From Candidatus Latescibacterota bacterium (GTDB lineage Bacteria > Latescibacterota > UBA2968 > UBA8231), in assembly GCA_965248355.1 (NCBI GenBank), contig OZ252098.1, positions 4,032,001 to 4,096,000 of the forward strand: 64,000 nt of DNA, written 5' to 3'. Position 1 is the first letter of the stretch. The number at the start of each line of letters is the position of its first letter. Under the pieces are notes generated by a model that worked only from the letters and a program-made list of their open reading frames with translations, did not search any database and was not told the origin of the DNA. Positions 9,213-18,713 of the stretch are shown piece by piece. A program made the position numbers and the translations under genes.

Positions 9213-10702
9213 GAATCGCAGTCGCCGGCTTCTCCCACGAGTCGAACAGCTTCTCCGCTCAGCCCACCGTCCTCGACGACTTCGGCATCCAGAGGGGCCG
9301 GGAGATGCTGGCGCGGCACGCCGGCACCTACCACGAGATCGCCGGGTACGTGTCCGCCGCCGAGGATCTGGGGATGGAGCTGTGTCCGATCCTGTCGGCC
9401 TCGGCCACGCCCGCCGGCCCCGTCGCCCGCGGCGCCTACGAGGAGATCTGCGGCCGCATCCTGGCCGGCCTGCGGGACCTGGGCGCCGTCGACGGGGTCC
9501 TGCTCGCCCTCCACGGCGCCATGGTGGCCGAGGACCATCCCCACGGCGATGCCGAAGTCGTCCGCCGGGTGCGCGACCAGGTGGGCCCGGAGACGCCCCT
9601 CGTCGTCACCCACGACTACCACGCCAACGTGCCGCCCTCCCTCGTGGAGGCGGCCGACGCCATGGTGATCTACAAGACCAACCCCCACGTCGACCAGCGC
9701 GAGCGCGGCTGGGAGGCGGCGTCGATCCTGGCCCGCACCGTGCGCCGCGAGGTGAGGCCGGCCATGGCCCTGGCCAGGGCCCGGCTGGTGCTGAACATCA
9801 GCTTCCACAACACCAGCGCGCCGCCCATGGAGCCGCTCATGGCCCGCGCCATCGAGCTCGAGCAGCGGGAGGGGATCCTCTCCTGCTCCATCGCCGCCGG
9901 GTACCAGTACGCCGACGTGGAGTTCATGGGCCCCTCGGTGGTGGTCGTCGCCGACGGAGACCCGGACCGCGCCCGGACCGAGGCCGACGGCCTGGCCGCG
10001 GCCATGTGGGAGGCCCGCGGCCAGATGGTCCCGAGGCTGCCCGGGCCGGCCGAGGCGGTGCGGCAGGCCATGGCCGGACAGGAGCATCCCGTGACCCTCC
10101 TCGACGTGGGCGACAATGTCGGGGGCGGCTCCACGGGGGATTCGACCCTGATCCTGGAGCAGCTGCTGAGGCAGGGCGCCGACGGCTGGGTGGTGACCTT
10201 GTGGGACCCGGAGGCGGCGAGGGTCTGCGCCGCCGCGGGCATCGGCGCCGAGGTGGAGCTGGACGTGGGCGGCAAGACCGATGCCCAGCACGGGGACCCG
10301 CAGCGCCTGGCCGGTACCGTGCGCACCCTGTCCGACGGCCGCTACGAGGAGCGCGAGCGCCGGCACGGCGGCGGCCGCCGTCACCACCAGGGTCTCACGG
10401 CGGTCCTGCGCGTGCCCTGCGGCCAGGGGGCGGGCCTGCTCGTCCTCAACAGCAGCCGCCAGGTGCCGGTGAGCATCCACCAGATCACCAGCGTCGGCAT
10501 CGCGCCGGAGCAGCAGAAGATCCTGGTCGCCAAGGGGGCCGTCGCCCCCCGCGCCGCGTACGAGCCCGTGTCGCCGAGGCTCATCGTGGTCGACTCCGGG
10601 GGGGCCTGCTGGATCGGCCGCGGCCCCGGGGACTACCGGCGCGCCGACCGCGACAAGTACGAATGGAACCCGCAACCGAGAGAGACAGGAGGAAGGACAT
10701 GA
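9209..10702 (+). CDS. M81 family metallopeptidase (MlrC-like)
   Basis: HESNSF, LALHGAM, DYHAN, YKTNPHVD, DVGDNVGGG motifs; GTG start with GGAG RBS. Confidence 0.9.
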   Translation: MRIAVAGFSHESNSFSAQPTVLDDFGIQRGREMLARHAGTYHEIAGYVSAAEDLGMELCPILSASATPAGPVARGAYEEICGRILAGLRDLGAVDGVLLALHGAMVAEDHPHGDAEVVRRVRDQVGPETPLVVTHDYHANVPPSLVEAADAMVIYKTNPHVDQRERGWEAASILARTVRREVRPAMALARARLVLNISFHNTSAPPMEPLMARAIELEQREGILSCSIAAGYQYADVEFMGPSVVVVADGDPDRARTEADGLAAAMWEARGQMVPRLPGPAEAVRQAMAGQEHPVTLLDVGDNVGGGSTGDSTLILEQLLRQGADGWVVTLWDPEAARVCAAAGIGAEVELDVGGKTDAQHGDPQRLAGTVRTLSDGRYEERERRHGGGRRHHQGLTAVLRVPCGQGAGLLVLNSSRQVPVSIHQITSVGIAPEQQKILVAKGAVAPRAAYEPVSPRLIVVDSGGACWIGRGPGDYRRADRDKYEWNPQPRETGGRT

Positions 10703-11718
10703 GCTTGCGAATCGGTATCGTCGGCGCCGGCGCCAACACCCGGGAGCGGCACATCCCCGGATTCCAGGCGATCGACGGAGTGGAGGTGGTGGCGGTCTGC
10801 AACCGCTCCCGCGAGTCGGGGCAGCGGGCGGCCGACGAGTTCGGCATCCCCGCCGTCTACGAAGACTGGAAGGAGGTGGTTCACGCCGCCGACGTGGACG
10901 CCGTCTGCATCGGCACCTGGCCCTACCTGCACTGCGCCATCACCCTCGAGAGCCTGGCCGCCGGCAAGCACGTGCTCACCGAGGCGCGCATGGCCATGGA
11001 CCTTGCCGAGGCCCGGCGCATGCAGGCCGCGGCCCGGGCCTCCGACCGGGTGGCCATGATCGTGCCGGCGCCCTTCAACCTGGAGAGCGAGCCCACCCTG
11101 CTCGAGATGGTCGCCGCCGGCGTCTTCGGCGACTGGCTGGAGATCCACGTCACCGCCATGGCCGGCGGCTGGGACCCCGGCGCCCCCCTGCGCTGGCGGC
11201 AGCGGCGCGACCTGTCGGGCCACAACATCATGTCCATGGGCATCCTCAACGAGACGGTGAGGCGCTACGCCGGCCACGACCGCGCCGTCATGGCCCACGC
11301 CAGCGTCTTCACCACGGAGCGCACCGATCCGGAGAGCGGCACCCGGCGGCCGGCGGACGTGCCCGAGAGCCTCGGCATCCTCTCCGAGCTGGAGTGCGGC
11401 GCCACCGCCGTCTACCACGTCAGCAGCGTCGCCGCCCACGGCGGCACCTCCTTCGAGATGCACGGCACGAAGGGGTCCATCCGCCTCGAGGAGGACCAGG
11501 CTCTCGTGGCCGTGGACGACAGCGGCTACCGCAGGCTGGTGGTGGCGCCCGAGAAGCAGTGGGGCTGGAACGTGGAGGCCGACTTCGTCGACGCCGTCCG
11601 CGACGGCCGGCCGGTGACCCACACCAGCTTCGAGGACGGCGAGAAGTACATGGCCTTCACCGAGGCCGTGCAGGTGAGCCTGCGGGAGGGCCGCAAGGTC
11701 GAGCTGGCGAACCTGTAG
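10699..11718 (+). CDS. Gfo/Idh/MocA family oxidoreductase
   Basis: RIGIVGAG, DAVCIGTWPYLH, GKHVLTEARM; strong RBS. Confidence 0.9.
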   Translation: MSLRIGIVGAGANTRERHIPGFQAIDGVEVVAVCNRSRESGQRAADEFGIPAVYEDWKEVVHAADVDAVCIGTWPYLHCAITLESLAAGKHVLTEARMAMDLAEARRMQAAARASDRVAMIVPAPFNLESEPTLLEMVAAGVFGDWLEIHVTAMAGGWDPGAPLRWRQRRDLSGHNIMSMGILNETVRRYAGHDRAVMAHASVFTTERTDPESGTRRPADVPESLGILSELECGATAVYHVSSVAAHGGTSFEMHGTKGSIRLEEDQALVAVDDSGYRRLVVAPEKQWGWNVEADFVDAVRDGRPVTHTSFEDGEKYMAFTEAVQVSLREGRKVELANL

Positions 11719-11815
11719 GCCGGCCTGCCGCCGGACGGGGGCGCGGGATCGACGAGGCGCCGGCGCCGGTGTCTCCATGACGCTGACGCGCCGGGTCTCG
11801 CGGCGAAGGGGAGGC

Positions 11816-13030
11816 TCAACTCTCCCGGAGGCCGTTGCAGAGCACGTGGAACAGGTCGTAGTTGCGCAGCTCGCCCCGCTCCAGCGCCTCGTCCGTGTCG
11901 CCGCGCAGGGGCCGGTTGACCACGAACGGTACCGTCGCCTCGTGCAGGCCGCCGTGGGAGCGCAGCCCCTCGGCCACGTGGGACAGGTCGTGCCAGTCCG
12001 GCGTCCGCCCGAGGACGGTCCCGCGGTCGGCCAGGACCACCAGGTCGCCGATGCGGTCGGGCGGCAGCTGGTAGAGGGCGGCCGCTTCCGCCCGGGTGTG
12101 GACGGCCTCTACCCCGGACACCCCCCGCAACACCCCTGACGCCCGGTCCAGGCTCCCGGCCTCCAGGTAGACCGTGGCGTACGAGCCCAGGGCCCCGTGG
12201 TGGACCACGTAGGGATCGGTGATCGGCAGGATGACCCGGGCCTCGGGCACGCCCGCCTCCTTCAGCAGGCTCTCGAGGTACTCCACCTTCGGCGAGCCGT
12301 CGGGCCGGGTCTTGGCGTTCATGCCGTGATCGGCGGTGACGGCGACCACGGCTCCGGCGCGGTGCAGGCGGCCGAGGACGGCATCCAGCCGGGCGTGGAA
12401 GGCCCGGGCCTCGGGATCGTCCGGCGCGAAGCGGTGCTGCACGAAGTCGGTGGTGGACAGGTAGGTGACGAGGGGACCGCCGCGCTCGAGCAGGCAGGCG
12501 CCGGCCTCCAGGCAGTACACGCTCGCTTCGGGGTCGTAGATCCCCGGGGCCGGTCGGCCCACCAGACCGGCCACGTCCTCGCCGGCCTTCTCCACCGAGA
12601 GCCGGATGCAGCGGCCGGGCAGCCCCTGCGACAGGAAGGCGAGGAGCTTGTCCTTGGCCGTCACCACGGCCACGTCGGCGCCGGCCCGGGCCAGGCCGGC
12701 CAGCACGGTGGGGCAGCGCAGCCAGCGGGGGTCGTTCATCATGACCTCCTCGCCCGAGTCCCGGTCGTAGTAGTAGTTGCCCGGGATCCCGTTCACGGCC
12801 GGCGGCGCGCCGGTGGCGATGGCGGCGTTGTTCGGATTCGTGAAGGAGGGCACCACGGTCCGCGCCGTGCCGCGGACCCCGTCGGCGGCCAGGCGCGCCA
12901 GCTCGGGCATGACGTCGGCCGCCGCCTCCAGGTACGCGGGGTCGCAGCCGTCGATGCAGACGCCGACGACCGGCTGGCGCGGCACCTCGTAGCAGCGGCC
13001 GTTGACGGTGATTCGCCCCGCCGCGGTCAA
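11816..13030 (-). CDS. phnA: Phosphonoacetate hydrolase
   Basis: ITVNGRCY, VCIDGC, PSFTNPNN, YLSTTDFVQH, TADHGMNAK, LPITDPYVVHHGALGS, LRSHGG; TTG start overlapping upstream TGA. Confidence 0.9.
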   Translation of the reverse strand: MTAAGRITVNGRCYEVPRQPVVGVCIDGCDPAYLEAAADVMPELARLAADGVRGTARTVVPSFTNPNNAAIATGAPPAVNGIPGNYYYDRDSGEEVMMNDPRWLRCPTVLAGLARAGADVAVVTAKDKLLAFLSQGLPGRCIRLSVEKAGEDVAGLVGRPAPGIYDPEASVYCLEAGACLLERGGPLVTYLSTTDFVQHRFAPDDPEARAFHARLDAVLGRLHRAGAVVAVTADHGMNAKTRPDGSPKVEYLESLLKEAGVPEARVILPITDPYVVHHGALGSYATVYLEAGSLDRASGVLRGVSGVEAVHTRAEAAALYQLPPDRIGDLVVLADRGTVLGRTPDWHDLSHVAEGLRSHGGLHEATVPFVVNRPLRGDTDEALERGELRNYDLFHVLCNGLRES

Positions 13031-14103
13031 GGACCTTCCAGCCCCGGGGCGACGGCGACCCGCAGCCAGCGCCGCTGCCGGCTCAGGGCGAGGCCTTCCT
13101 CCAGCTGGCGCAAGGGCAGCGTCGGGCCCACGAACGCCTCGAAGGGGTAGCGGCCGGCCGTGCGCCCGAGGAACTCGATCCCCGCCTCGAGGTGGCGCGG
13201 CGAGTAGTTGTGCACCCCCCGGAGGGTCAGGCACTTGAAGACGATGCGCTCCCCCGTGATCCCGGCCAGGTCCGAGTCGGGGTGGACCATGCCGGCCAGC
13301 ACGTAGGTGCCGCCGGTGCGCACCAGGTCCAGGCCCTCGGCCACGGCCGGCGCCTCTCCCGACATCTCCAGGACGCCGTCGACGCCGTCCGGCGCCGCCT
13401 TCAGCACCCGCTCCCGCCGCTCTCCCGGGTCCGAGGCCGGATCCAGTCCGACCGCTCCGAAGCGCTCGGCCAGGTCCCGCCGCGCCGGAAGGGGATCGCA
13501 GCAGAGCACGCGCACGCCGCGCTCGTCCAGCAGGGCGCAGGCGTAGACCCCGAGCAGGCCGGCCCCCTGCACGAGGGCGGTCGCCGCCCCTTCCGGCAGT
13601 TGCTCCACGGCGTTGACGGCGGTGGCCAGGGCGCAGTTGGCCGTCGCCGCCACCGCGTCGGGCAGCCCCTCCGGCACCGGCACGGCCCGCGTTCCCGGGC
13701 GCAGCAGCAGGTGCGTGGCGTAGGCGCCGTTGAGTCCGCAGCCGTCGTCGAGGTCGGCGTGGCCGTACTTGAACAGCCGCAGGCACTTCTCCGGCAGGCC
13801 GTGGCCCCGGCAGAACCGGCACTGCCCGCAGCTGTCGGCGATGGACCAGCTCACCCGCTCCCCCTCGCCCAGGCCGGCGCGCTCGCTGGCCACGACCCGG
13901 CCCACCCCCTCGTGGCCGAGCACGGCCGGCGTCGGCTGCCGCCTGCGGCCGCCGGTGGTGTGCAGGTCGGAGCCGCAGATCGTGGCCAGATCGACCGCGA
14001 GCAGGGCTTCACCTTCCTGCAAGCGCGCCGGCAGGGGGAGGCGCTCGTAGCGCAGGGGCTGTCCCGGGCCGTCGAAGACCTGGGCGAAGGCGTGGTCAGG
14101 CAC
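13027..14103 (-). CDS. Zn-dependent alcohol dehydrogenase, phosphonate-catabolism-associated type
   Basis: ATICGSDLHT, LGHEGVG, CGQCRFC..PEKC..LFKYGH, NCALAT, GAGLLG, GVHNY; adjacent to phnA. Confidence 0.85.
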   Translation of the reverse strand: MPDHAFAQVFDGPGQPLRYERLPLPARLQEGEALLAVDLATICGSDLHTTGGRRRQPTPAVLGHEGVGRVVASERAGLGEGERVSWSIADSCGQCRFCRGHGLPEKCLRLFKYGHADLDDGCGLNGAYATHLLLRPGTRAVPVPEGLPDAVAATANCALATAVNAVEQLPEGAATALVQGAGLLGVYACALLDERGVRVLCCDPLPARRDLAERFGAVGLDPASDPGERRERVLKAAPDGVDGVLEMSGEAPAVAEGLDLVRTGGTYVLAGMVHPDSDLAGITGERIVFKCLTLRGVHNYSPRHLEAGIEFLGRTAGRYPFEAFVGPTLPLRQLEEGLALSRQRRWLRVAVAPGLEGP

Positions 14104-14123
14104 AGGGAGGAGGGACCCGCCGG

Positions 14124-14867
14124 TCAGCGGGGATTGCGGTAGTAGGCCTCCAGCGAGTCCTCGGGCTCGAACCCGAGGAGACGACGGGCCTTGGCGTTGG
14201 AGTACTTCCCGTGGGGCAGGTCGGCGACGACGAAGAACACCTCGTTGCGCGAGGGCAGCTTCGCCGTGTCGACTTCGAGGGCGCAGCGGATGGCCCGCGC
14301 CGCGTCGGCGAAGGTGACCGTGAAGGGGTTGAGGTCGCCGGCGCCGCCGCGTTCGGGATCGCTCGGATCGGCGGCCCGGAAGGAGAGGAAGAGCATGCAC
14401 ATGACGTGGATGGGGTGGTTCTCGCTGAAGAGGCGGCAGACCTCCTGGCCCGCCGCCTTGCTGAGGGCGTAGAGGTTGGTGCCCGAGTGGGCGGGCACTT
14501 CCTCGACAATGCCGAAGTCGAAGGCGTGATAGGGCTGGCCGGTGATGGTGAAGTGGGGCCCCGTGTTGATGAAGCGGTCGTGGCCGAGGTCGACGGCGGT
14601 GCGCACGGCGTTGTACGTGCCCAGGGTGTTCACGTCCCAGGCGATCTTGCGGTGGGGGCGCAGCACCGAGCAGTTGACGACAGCGTCGCACCCCGCCGCG
14701 GCGCGCCTCACCTGGCCCAGGTCGGCCACGTCCACGCGCATCGTCTCGTGGGGCGACCGGAGCGGCGGCTTGAGGTCGGTGATGCGCAGGTCGTAGCCGC
14801 GGGCCTCCAGCTCCGCCACCACCCACGGGCCCAGGAAGCCGTTGCCGCCGAGGAGACAGACCTTCAT
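14124..14867 (-). CDS. NAD-dependent epimerase/dehydratase (extended SDR)
   Basis: GGNGFLG Rossmann motif, YALSK catalytic motif. Confidence 0.85.
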   Translation of the reverse strand: MKVCLLGGNGFLGPWVVAELEARGYDLRITDLKPPLRSPHETMRVDVADLGQVRRAAAGCDAVVNCSVLRPHRKIAWDVNTLGTYNAVRTAVDLGHDRFINTGPHFTITGQPYHAFDFGIVEEVPAHSGTNLYALSKAAGQEVCRLFSENHPIHVMCMLFLSFRAADPSDPERGGAGDLNPFTVTFADAARAIRCALEVDTAKLPSRNEVFFVVADLPHGKYSNAKARRLLGFEPEDSLEAYYRNPR

Positions 14868-15544
14868 CCCGTCCTCCGTCGGCGCGGCCGGAAGGCGGGG
14901 TAGTTGCCGGAGCGGAAGCGGGCGCCCTCGAACTCCCCCTGCACGTGCAGCAGTCGGTAGCCCCCGGGGCCGGCCTGCACGGCGGAGGCCACGGCGGCGC
15001 CCGCCTCGCCCGGGTCCAAGGCCATGGGGTCGAGAGCGCCGCCGGCCCCGGCTTCCACCAGGTGCCCCAGGCGCACCACGGTGAGGGAGATCTGCTGCGT
15101 CTGGGCGAACTCGCGGGCCACGAACTCCCCGAGGCCGGGGGCCATCACCTCCGGCTCGGTGGTCGGGCGCGGCCGCCAGTCGGGCTGGACCCGCAGGTCC
15201 TCGTCGTACGCGGCGAAGAGGTCCAGCGTGCTCAGGTAGACGCAGTGCTCGACGCCGGCCGCCGCCGCGGCGGTGAGCAGGTTGTAGGTGCAGCGCGTGC
15301 AGGCGTCGATCCAGTCGGCGGCTTCGGCCCGGGCGCCGGAGGGACCGGGGATGTGGACCACGGCCTTCATCCCCCGCACCAGGGCGTCGGTGGCGGCCGT
15401 ATGGCCGAGGCGGGACTGCACGAAGTCGAGATCGGTCCGCAGGCGCCGGCGGTCGGAGAGCCGCAGGCGGTGCCTCCGGCGGCGCAGCTCGGCGGTGACG
15501 GCGCGGCCGAGACCGCTCCCGGCGCCGGTGACCAGGACCCTCAT
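14864..15544 (-). CDS. NAD-dependent epimerase/dehydratase-like protein lacking a clear YxxxK
   Basis: MRVLVTGAGSGLG; TYNLLTAA..VYLST; ATGA overlaps at both ends. Confidence 0.75.
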   Translation of the reverse strand: MRVLVTGAGSGLGRAVTAELRRRRHRLRLSDRRRLRTDLDFVQSRLGHTAATDALVRGMKAVVHIPGPSGARAEAADWIDACTRCTYNLLTAAAAAGVEHCVYLSTLDLFAAYDEDLRVQPDWRPRPTTEPEVMAPGLGEFVAREFAQTQQISLTVVRLGHLVEAGAGGALDPMALDPGEAGAAVASAVQAGPGGYRLLHVQGEFEGARFRSGNYPAFRPRRRRTG

Positions 15545-16377
15545 GACAGGCCCGCCTCGCGGAAGGCCCCGTCCAGGGTGCGGAAGGTGAGCTCGGCGGC
15601 GGCCAGCGGATCGTAGCCGGGGCGGCGCTGGACCATGACGCTCACCTCGGCGGTGATGTAGCCGTCGTACCCGGCGCGCTCCATCTCCCGCAGGTAGGCG
15701 GGAAAGTCGAAGGGCCCCTCGCCGGGGATCAGGAACTCGTGGCCGGGCGAGCGCCCCCGCTGGTCCTTGACGTGGGTGTGAACGGAGTGCGGCGCCAGGA
15801 CGGCCACGGTCTCCGCCGTGGGCAGGCCGAGAACCTCGAAGTGGCTGATGTCGAAGTTGAGCTTGAGAAAGTCCGAATCGACGCGTTGCAGGAGCCAGAC
15901 CGCCTTGTCGGGCAGGTCCAGGGCGGAGCCGACGTGGGGCTCGAGGGCGATGACGACCCCCGCCGAGGCCGCGTAGTCGACGAGCCGGCCCACGCGCTCG
16001 AGGATGAAGCCGCGCCGCGGCTCCCAGTCGTCCGGACGGCCGCCGAGGGTGGTGTCCAGGGCGGGGGGCGGCCCCCCGGCCGGCGCCCACTCGGCGCACA
16101 GGTCCACGGCCCCGGTGAGCCGCCGCCAGTTCTCCTCGTGCTCTCCGCCTTCGGCCAGCAGCGACCGGTGGCCGGCCACCGCCGGCATGTCGAGGCCGTG
16201 GTCGTCGAAGAGGGCGCGGATCCGCCGCCGCTCGGCGGCGTCGAGGCTGTCCAACTCGGTGGTGTAGCCGGGGATGACGGTGGGCTCGACGCCGGTGAAG
16301 CCGAGGCCGGCGAGGTGCTTCACGGCGTCGTCGACGGCCACGGCGGGCATGCCCCACGTGGAATAGCCGATCTGCAT
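15541..16377 (-). CDS. Sugar phosphate isomerase/epimerase (xylose isomerase-like TIM barrel)
   Basis: ALEPH, LNFDISH, HTHVKD, PGEG, GYDGYITAE. Confidence 0.85.
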   Translation of the reverse strand: MQIGYSTWGMPAVAVDDAVKHLAGLGFTGVEPTVIPGYTTELDSLDAAERRRIRALFDDHGLDMPAVAGHRSLLAEGGEHEENWRRLTGAVDLCAEWAPAGGPPPALDTTLGGRPDDWEPRRGFILERVGRLVDYAASAGVVIALEPHVGSALDLPDKAVWLLQRVDSDFLKLNFDISHFEVLGLPTAETVAVLAPHSVHTHVKDQRGRSPGHEFLIPGEGPFDFPAYLREMERAGYDGYITAEVSVMVQRRPGYDPLAAAELTFRTLDGAFREAGLS

Positions 16378-16386
16378 GGGGGCGGC

Positions 16387-17868
16387 TTACACGACCTGCT
16401 GCTCGAAGTTGGAGGGCATCATGTCGTGGATGCCGGAGTCGCGCAGCGCCGTGGGCGACTGCATCTCCAGGACCGCCTTCTCGTGCAGCTCGTCGACGCT
16501 GCGGCAGCCGGCGGTGGCCAGCGTGGAGCGCAGGATCTGCAGGACCAGGGGCAGCTTGTCGAAGATCGAGCCGAGATGGGGCACGTGCCCGGTGATCCCC
16601 TCCTCGAAGAACAGGTCCTTCAACTGGGCGTAGCGCCGGTGGTTGCGGGCCTTGGCGCTGCCCTCCATCCAGTACTCCTTGACGATCTCGCCGGCGGCGT
16701 TGCGCATCAGGTTGCCGGCCGACTCGGTGTAGCGGGCGAAGAAGTTGCCCATCATGAGCGCGTTGGCTCCGAGGGCCAGGGCCACGGACATCTCCGCCGG
16801 GGAGGAGATGCCGCCGTCGGCGATGAGGGGCAGGTAGGCGCCCGTTGCGTCGGCGTGGCGGTCGCGGGCCGGGCAGATGCCGAGCAGGGCCGATCCCTGG
16901 CCCCGGCCGGTGGCCTTGACCTCCTGGGTCGTGCAGCCGGAGCCGATCCCCATGCCGACCTTCACCGCGTCGGCGCCGGTCTCGGCGAGAAACTCGAAGC
17001 CGCGGGCGGTGACCACGTTGCCGGCCACCACGGGGACCTCGCAGGTCGACTTGATCCACTCCACCATCTGGCGCTGGTAGTGGGTGTGGCCGTCGGAGGC
17101 GTCGACGACGAGGACGTCGACATCGTGCTCCACCAGGCAGTGGACGCGCTCGCGGTCCTCCGGGTGGGTGGAGACGGCGGCGCCCACGAGCAGGCGCTTC
17201 TTGGCGTCGATCGACTCGTTGGGATGCAGCAGGTGCTTGTCGAGGTCCCTCTTGAAGACGGCCGACTGCAGAATGCCGCCGGCGTCGACGATGGGCAGGA
17301 AGCCGCGGCCGAACTTGATCATGAGCTGGTTGGCTTCCTTCAGGTCGGAGATGTCGACGCCGTACTGGATGTCGGTGCGCATGCGCTCCCCGACGCTGAG
17401 GGCGTGATCGCGGCGGACGTCGAAGTCCTTGTCGGTGATCACGCCGAGAAGCTTGCCGTGGAACTCGCCCGAGTCGGTCACCGGGAAGGTGGAATAGCCC
17501 ATCTCCTCCATGATGCGGATCACGTCGGCGATGGCCTGGCGGGGCGAGAGGGTGGTGATGTTGGTCTGGAAGCCCGCCTTGAAGCGCTTCACGCGGCCGA
17601 TCTTCTCCGACTGCTGCTCGATCGTCTGGCTCACCGGCAGGATGCCGATGCCGCCGAGCTGGGCGATGGCGATGGCCATCTCGGTGCCCGTCACCGCCTG
17701 CATGGCGGCGGTCAGAAAGGGCGTGTGCAGGCGCAGGAAGTCGTCGCCCCGGCGGCACAGGCGGGTGGTGAGATCGATGTTGAGGGCGTTGCCGTCGGGG
17801 GGCGTGTACCCCGGCAGGATGCGGAACTCGCGGAGGCTGTGCGACGGTCGATCGAGAACCTTGCTCAT
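16387..17868 (-). CDS. guaB: IMP dehydrogenase with CBS pair
   Basis: AAMQAV, GGIG, CBS region, [24 protein letters not shown] (catalytic Cys), [13 protein letters not shown]. Confidence 0.9.
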   Translation of the reverse strand: MSKVLDRPSHSLREFRILPGYTPPDGNALNIDLTTRLCRRGDDFLRLHTPFLTAAMQAVTGTEMAIAIAQLGGIGILPVSQTIEQQSEKIGRVKRFKAGFQTNITTLSPRQAIADVIRIMEEMGYSTFPVTDSGEFHGKLLGVITDKDFDVRRDHALSVGERMRTDIQYGVDISDLKEANQLMIKFGRGFLPIVDAGGILQSAVFKRDLDKHLLHPNESIDAKKRLLVGAAVSTHPEDRERVHCLVEHDVDVLVVDASDGHTHYQRQMVEWIKSTCEVPVVAGNVVTARGFEFLAETGADAVKVGMGIGSGCTTQEVKATGRGQGSALLGICPARDRHADATGAYLPLIADGGISSPAEMSVALALGANALMMGNFFARYTESAGNLMRNAAGEIVKEYWMEGSAKARNHRRYAQLKDLFFEEGITGHVPHLGSIFDKLPLVLQILRSTLATAGCRSVDELHEKAVLEMQSPTALRDSGIHDMMPSNFEQQVV

Positions 17869-17929
17869 GTTGGTTCGTCCTTGACCTTGACCTTGAACGC
17901 GAGACGGGCGCCGTGGCCCGGGGCCGTCG

Positions 17930-17958
17930 AATCTAGGCGGCGGCGCCCGTTTCCTCAA
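17930..17958 (-). promoter_or_regulatory. Putative sigma70 promoter of guaB
   Basis: Minus strand TTGAGG, 17 bp, TAGATT. Confidence 0.5.
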
Positions 17959-18038
17959 TAGAAGGACGTGAGCGAGAATGGGGGGGAAGGCGTATCTTAG
18001 CGCGCTTGATTTCCCACCGGAACGACAGGAGGAGTGAC

Positions 18039-18290
18039 ATGCCCAACATTCGACCGCTCCGCTCCCGCGGCGGCGGCGCCCTGCCCGGCTTCCTGGTCGG
18101 CTGCCTGGCCATGCTGATTCTGGGGGCGGTCCTGGGTCTGCTGCTGGCGCCGCAGCGGGGCGAGGTCACCCGCCGCAGGATCCTGCGGCGCGCCGGCGCC
18201 GCCCGCGATGGCGTCATCGACAAGGTCGAGGACCTGATGGTCCACCGCAGCGAGGAGGTGGCCGGTGCCGACGAAGAAGCAGCTCGCTGA
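18039..18290 (+). CDS. YtxH-like small membrane protein
   Basis: GAVLGLLLAPQRGEVTRRRI motif; AGGAGGAG RBS. Confidence 0.75.
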   Translation: MPNIRPLRSRGGGALPGFLVGCLAMLILGAVLGLLLAPQRGEVTRRRILRRAGAARDGVIDKVEDLMVHRSEEVAGADEEAAR

Positions 18291-18621
18291 CGGCCTGCGG
18301 GGCCGCCTCGCCGGCGTCGCCGAGCGCGGGCGCGTCCTCGGGCGGGTCCTGAGGGCGCGCGCCGACGTGGCCGCCGCCCGCCGCCGCCTGCGCGGCGCCT
18401 TCCGCGAGCTCGGCGAGGAGGTCTACGGCCGCCTCGGGGAGGGCCGCCTGGAGGGGGACCACGGTCTCCTGGTCCTCAAGGAGCGGATCGACGGCCTGCG
18501 CGGGGAGGTCCACGGCCGCGAGGAGGAGCTGCGCGGCGCCATGCAGGGCCCGCCGCCCCCGGCGCAGGATCCCGGCGCGGCTCCCGCCGCCGTCGACGGA
18601 GATCCGGAGCGCGGTCCGTGA
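18265..18621 (+). CDS. Hypothetical coiled-coil protein
   Basis: GGAGG before GTG; ELGEEVY helical motif; host-like codon usage. Confidence 0.65.
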   Translation: MPTKKQLADGLRGRLAGVAERGRVLGRVLRARADVAAARRRLRGAFRELGEEVYGRLGEGRLEGDHGLLVLKERIDGLRGEVHGREEELRGAMQGPPPPAQDPGAAPAAVDGDPERGP

Positions 18622-18713
18622 CCCGCTTCCTCCTCGGCGTATTCGCCGGCCTCGTGGCGGGGATCCTGCTGTTCGGCCCGTCCGGGCCTCACCCGGCCGT
18701 CACCCGGCCGTAG
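18618..18713 (+). CDS. 31-aa single-TM peptide resembling a YtxH N-terminus
   Basis: MTRFLLGVFAGLVAGILLFGPSGPHPAVTRP; GTGA overlap and GGAG 8 nt upstream. Confidence 0.45.
   Translation: MTRFLLGVFAGLVAGILLFGPSGPHPAVTRP

Noticed and set aside
17878..17900. GGTCAA repeats as a CtsR box
   Set aside because: Period is 6 nt rather than the spaced heptad repeat of CtsR sites, and it precedes guaB, not a clp gene.
17870..18030. Purine riboswitch upstream of guaB
   Set aside because: Conserved purine-riboswitch core not recognised, and the predicted leader is short.
18689..18710. Direct repeat TCACCCGGCCG x2
   Set aside because: Short duplication at the ABC gene 3' end with no evidence of an element.
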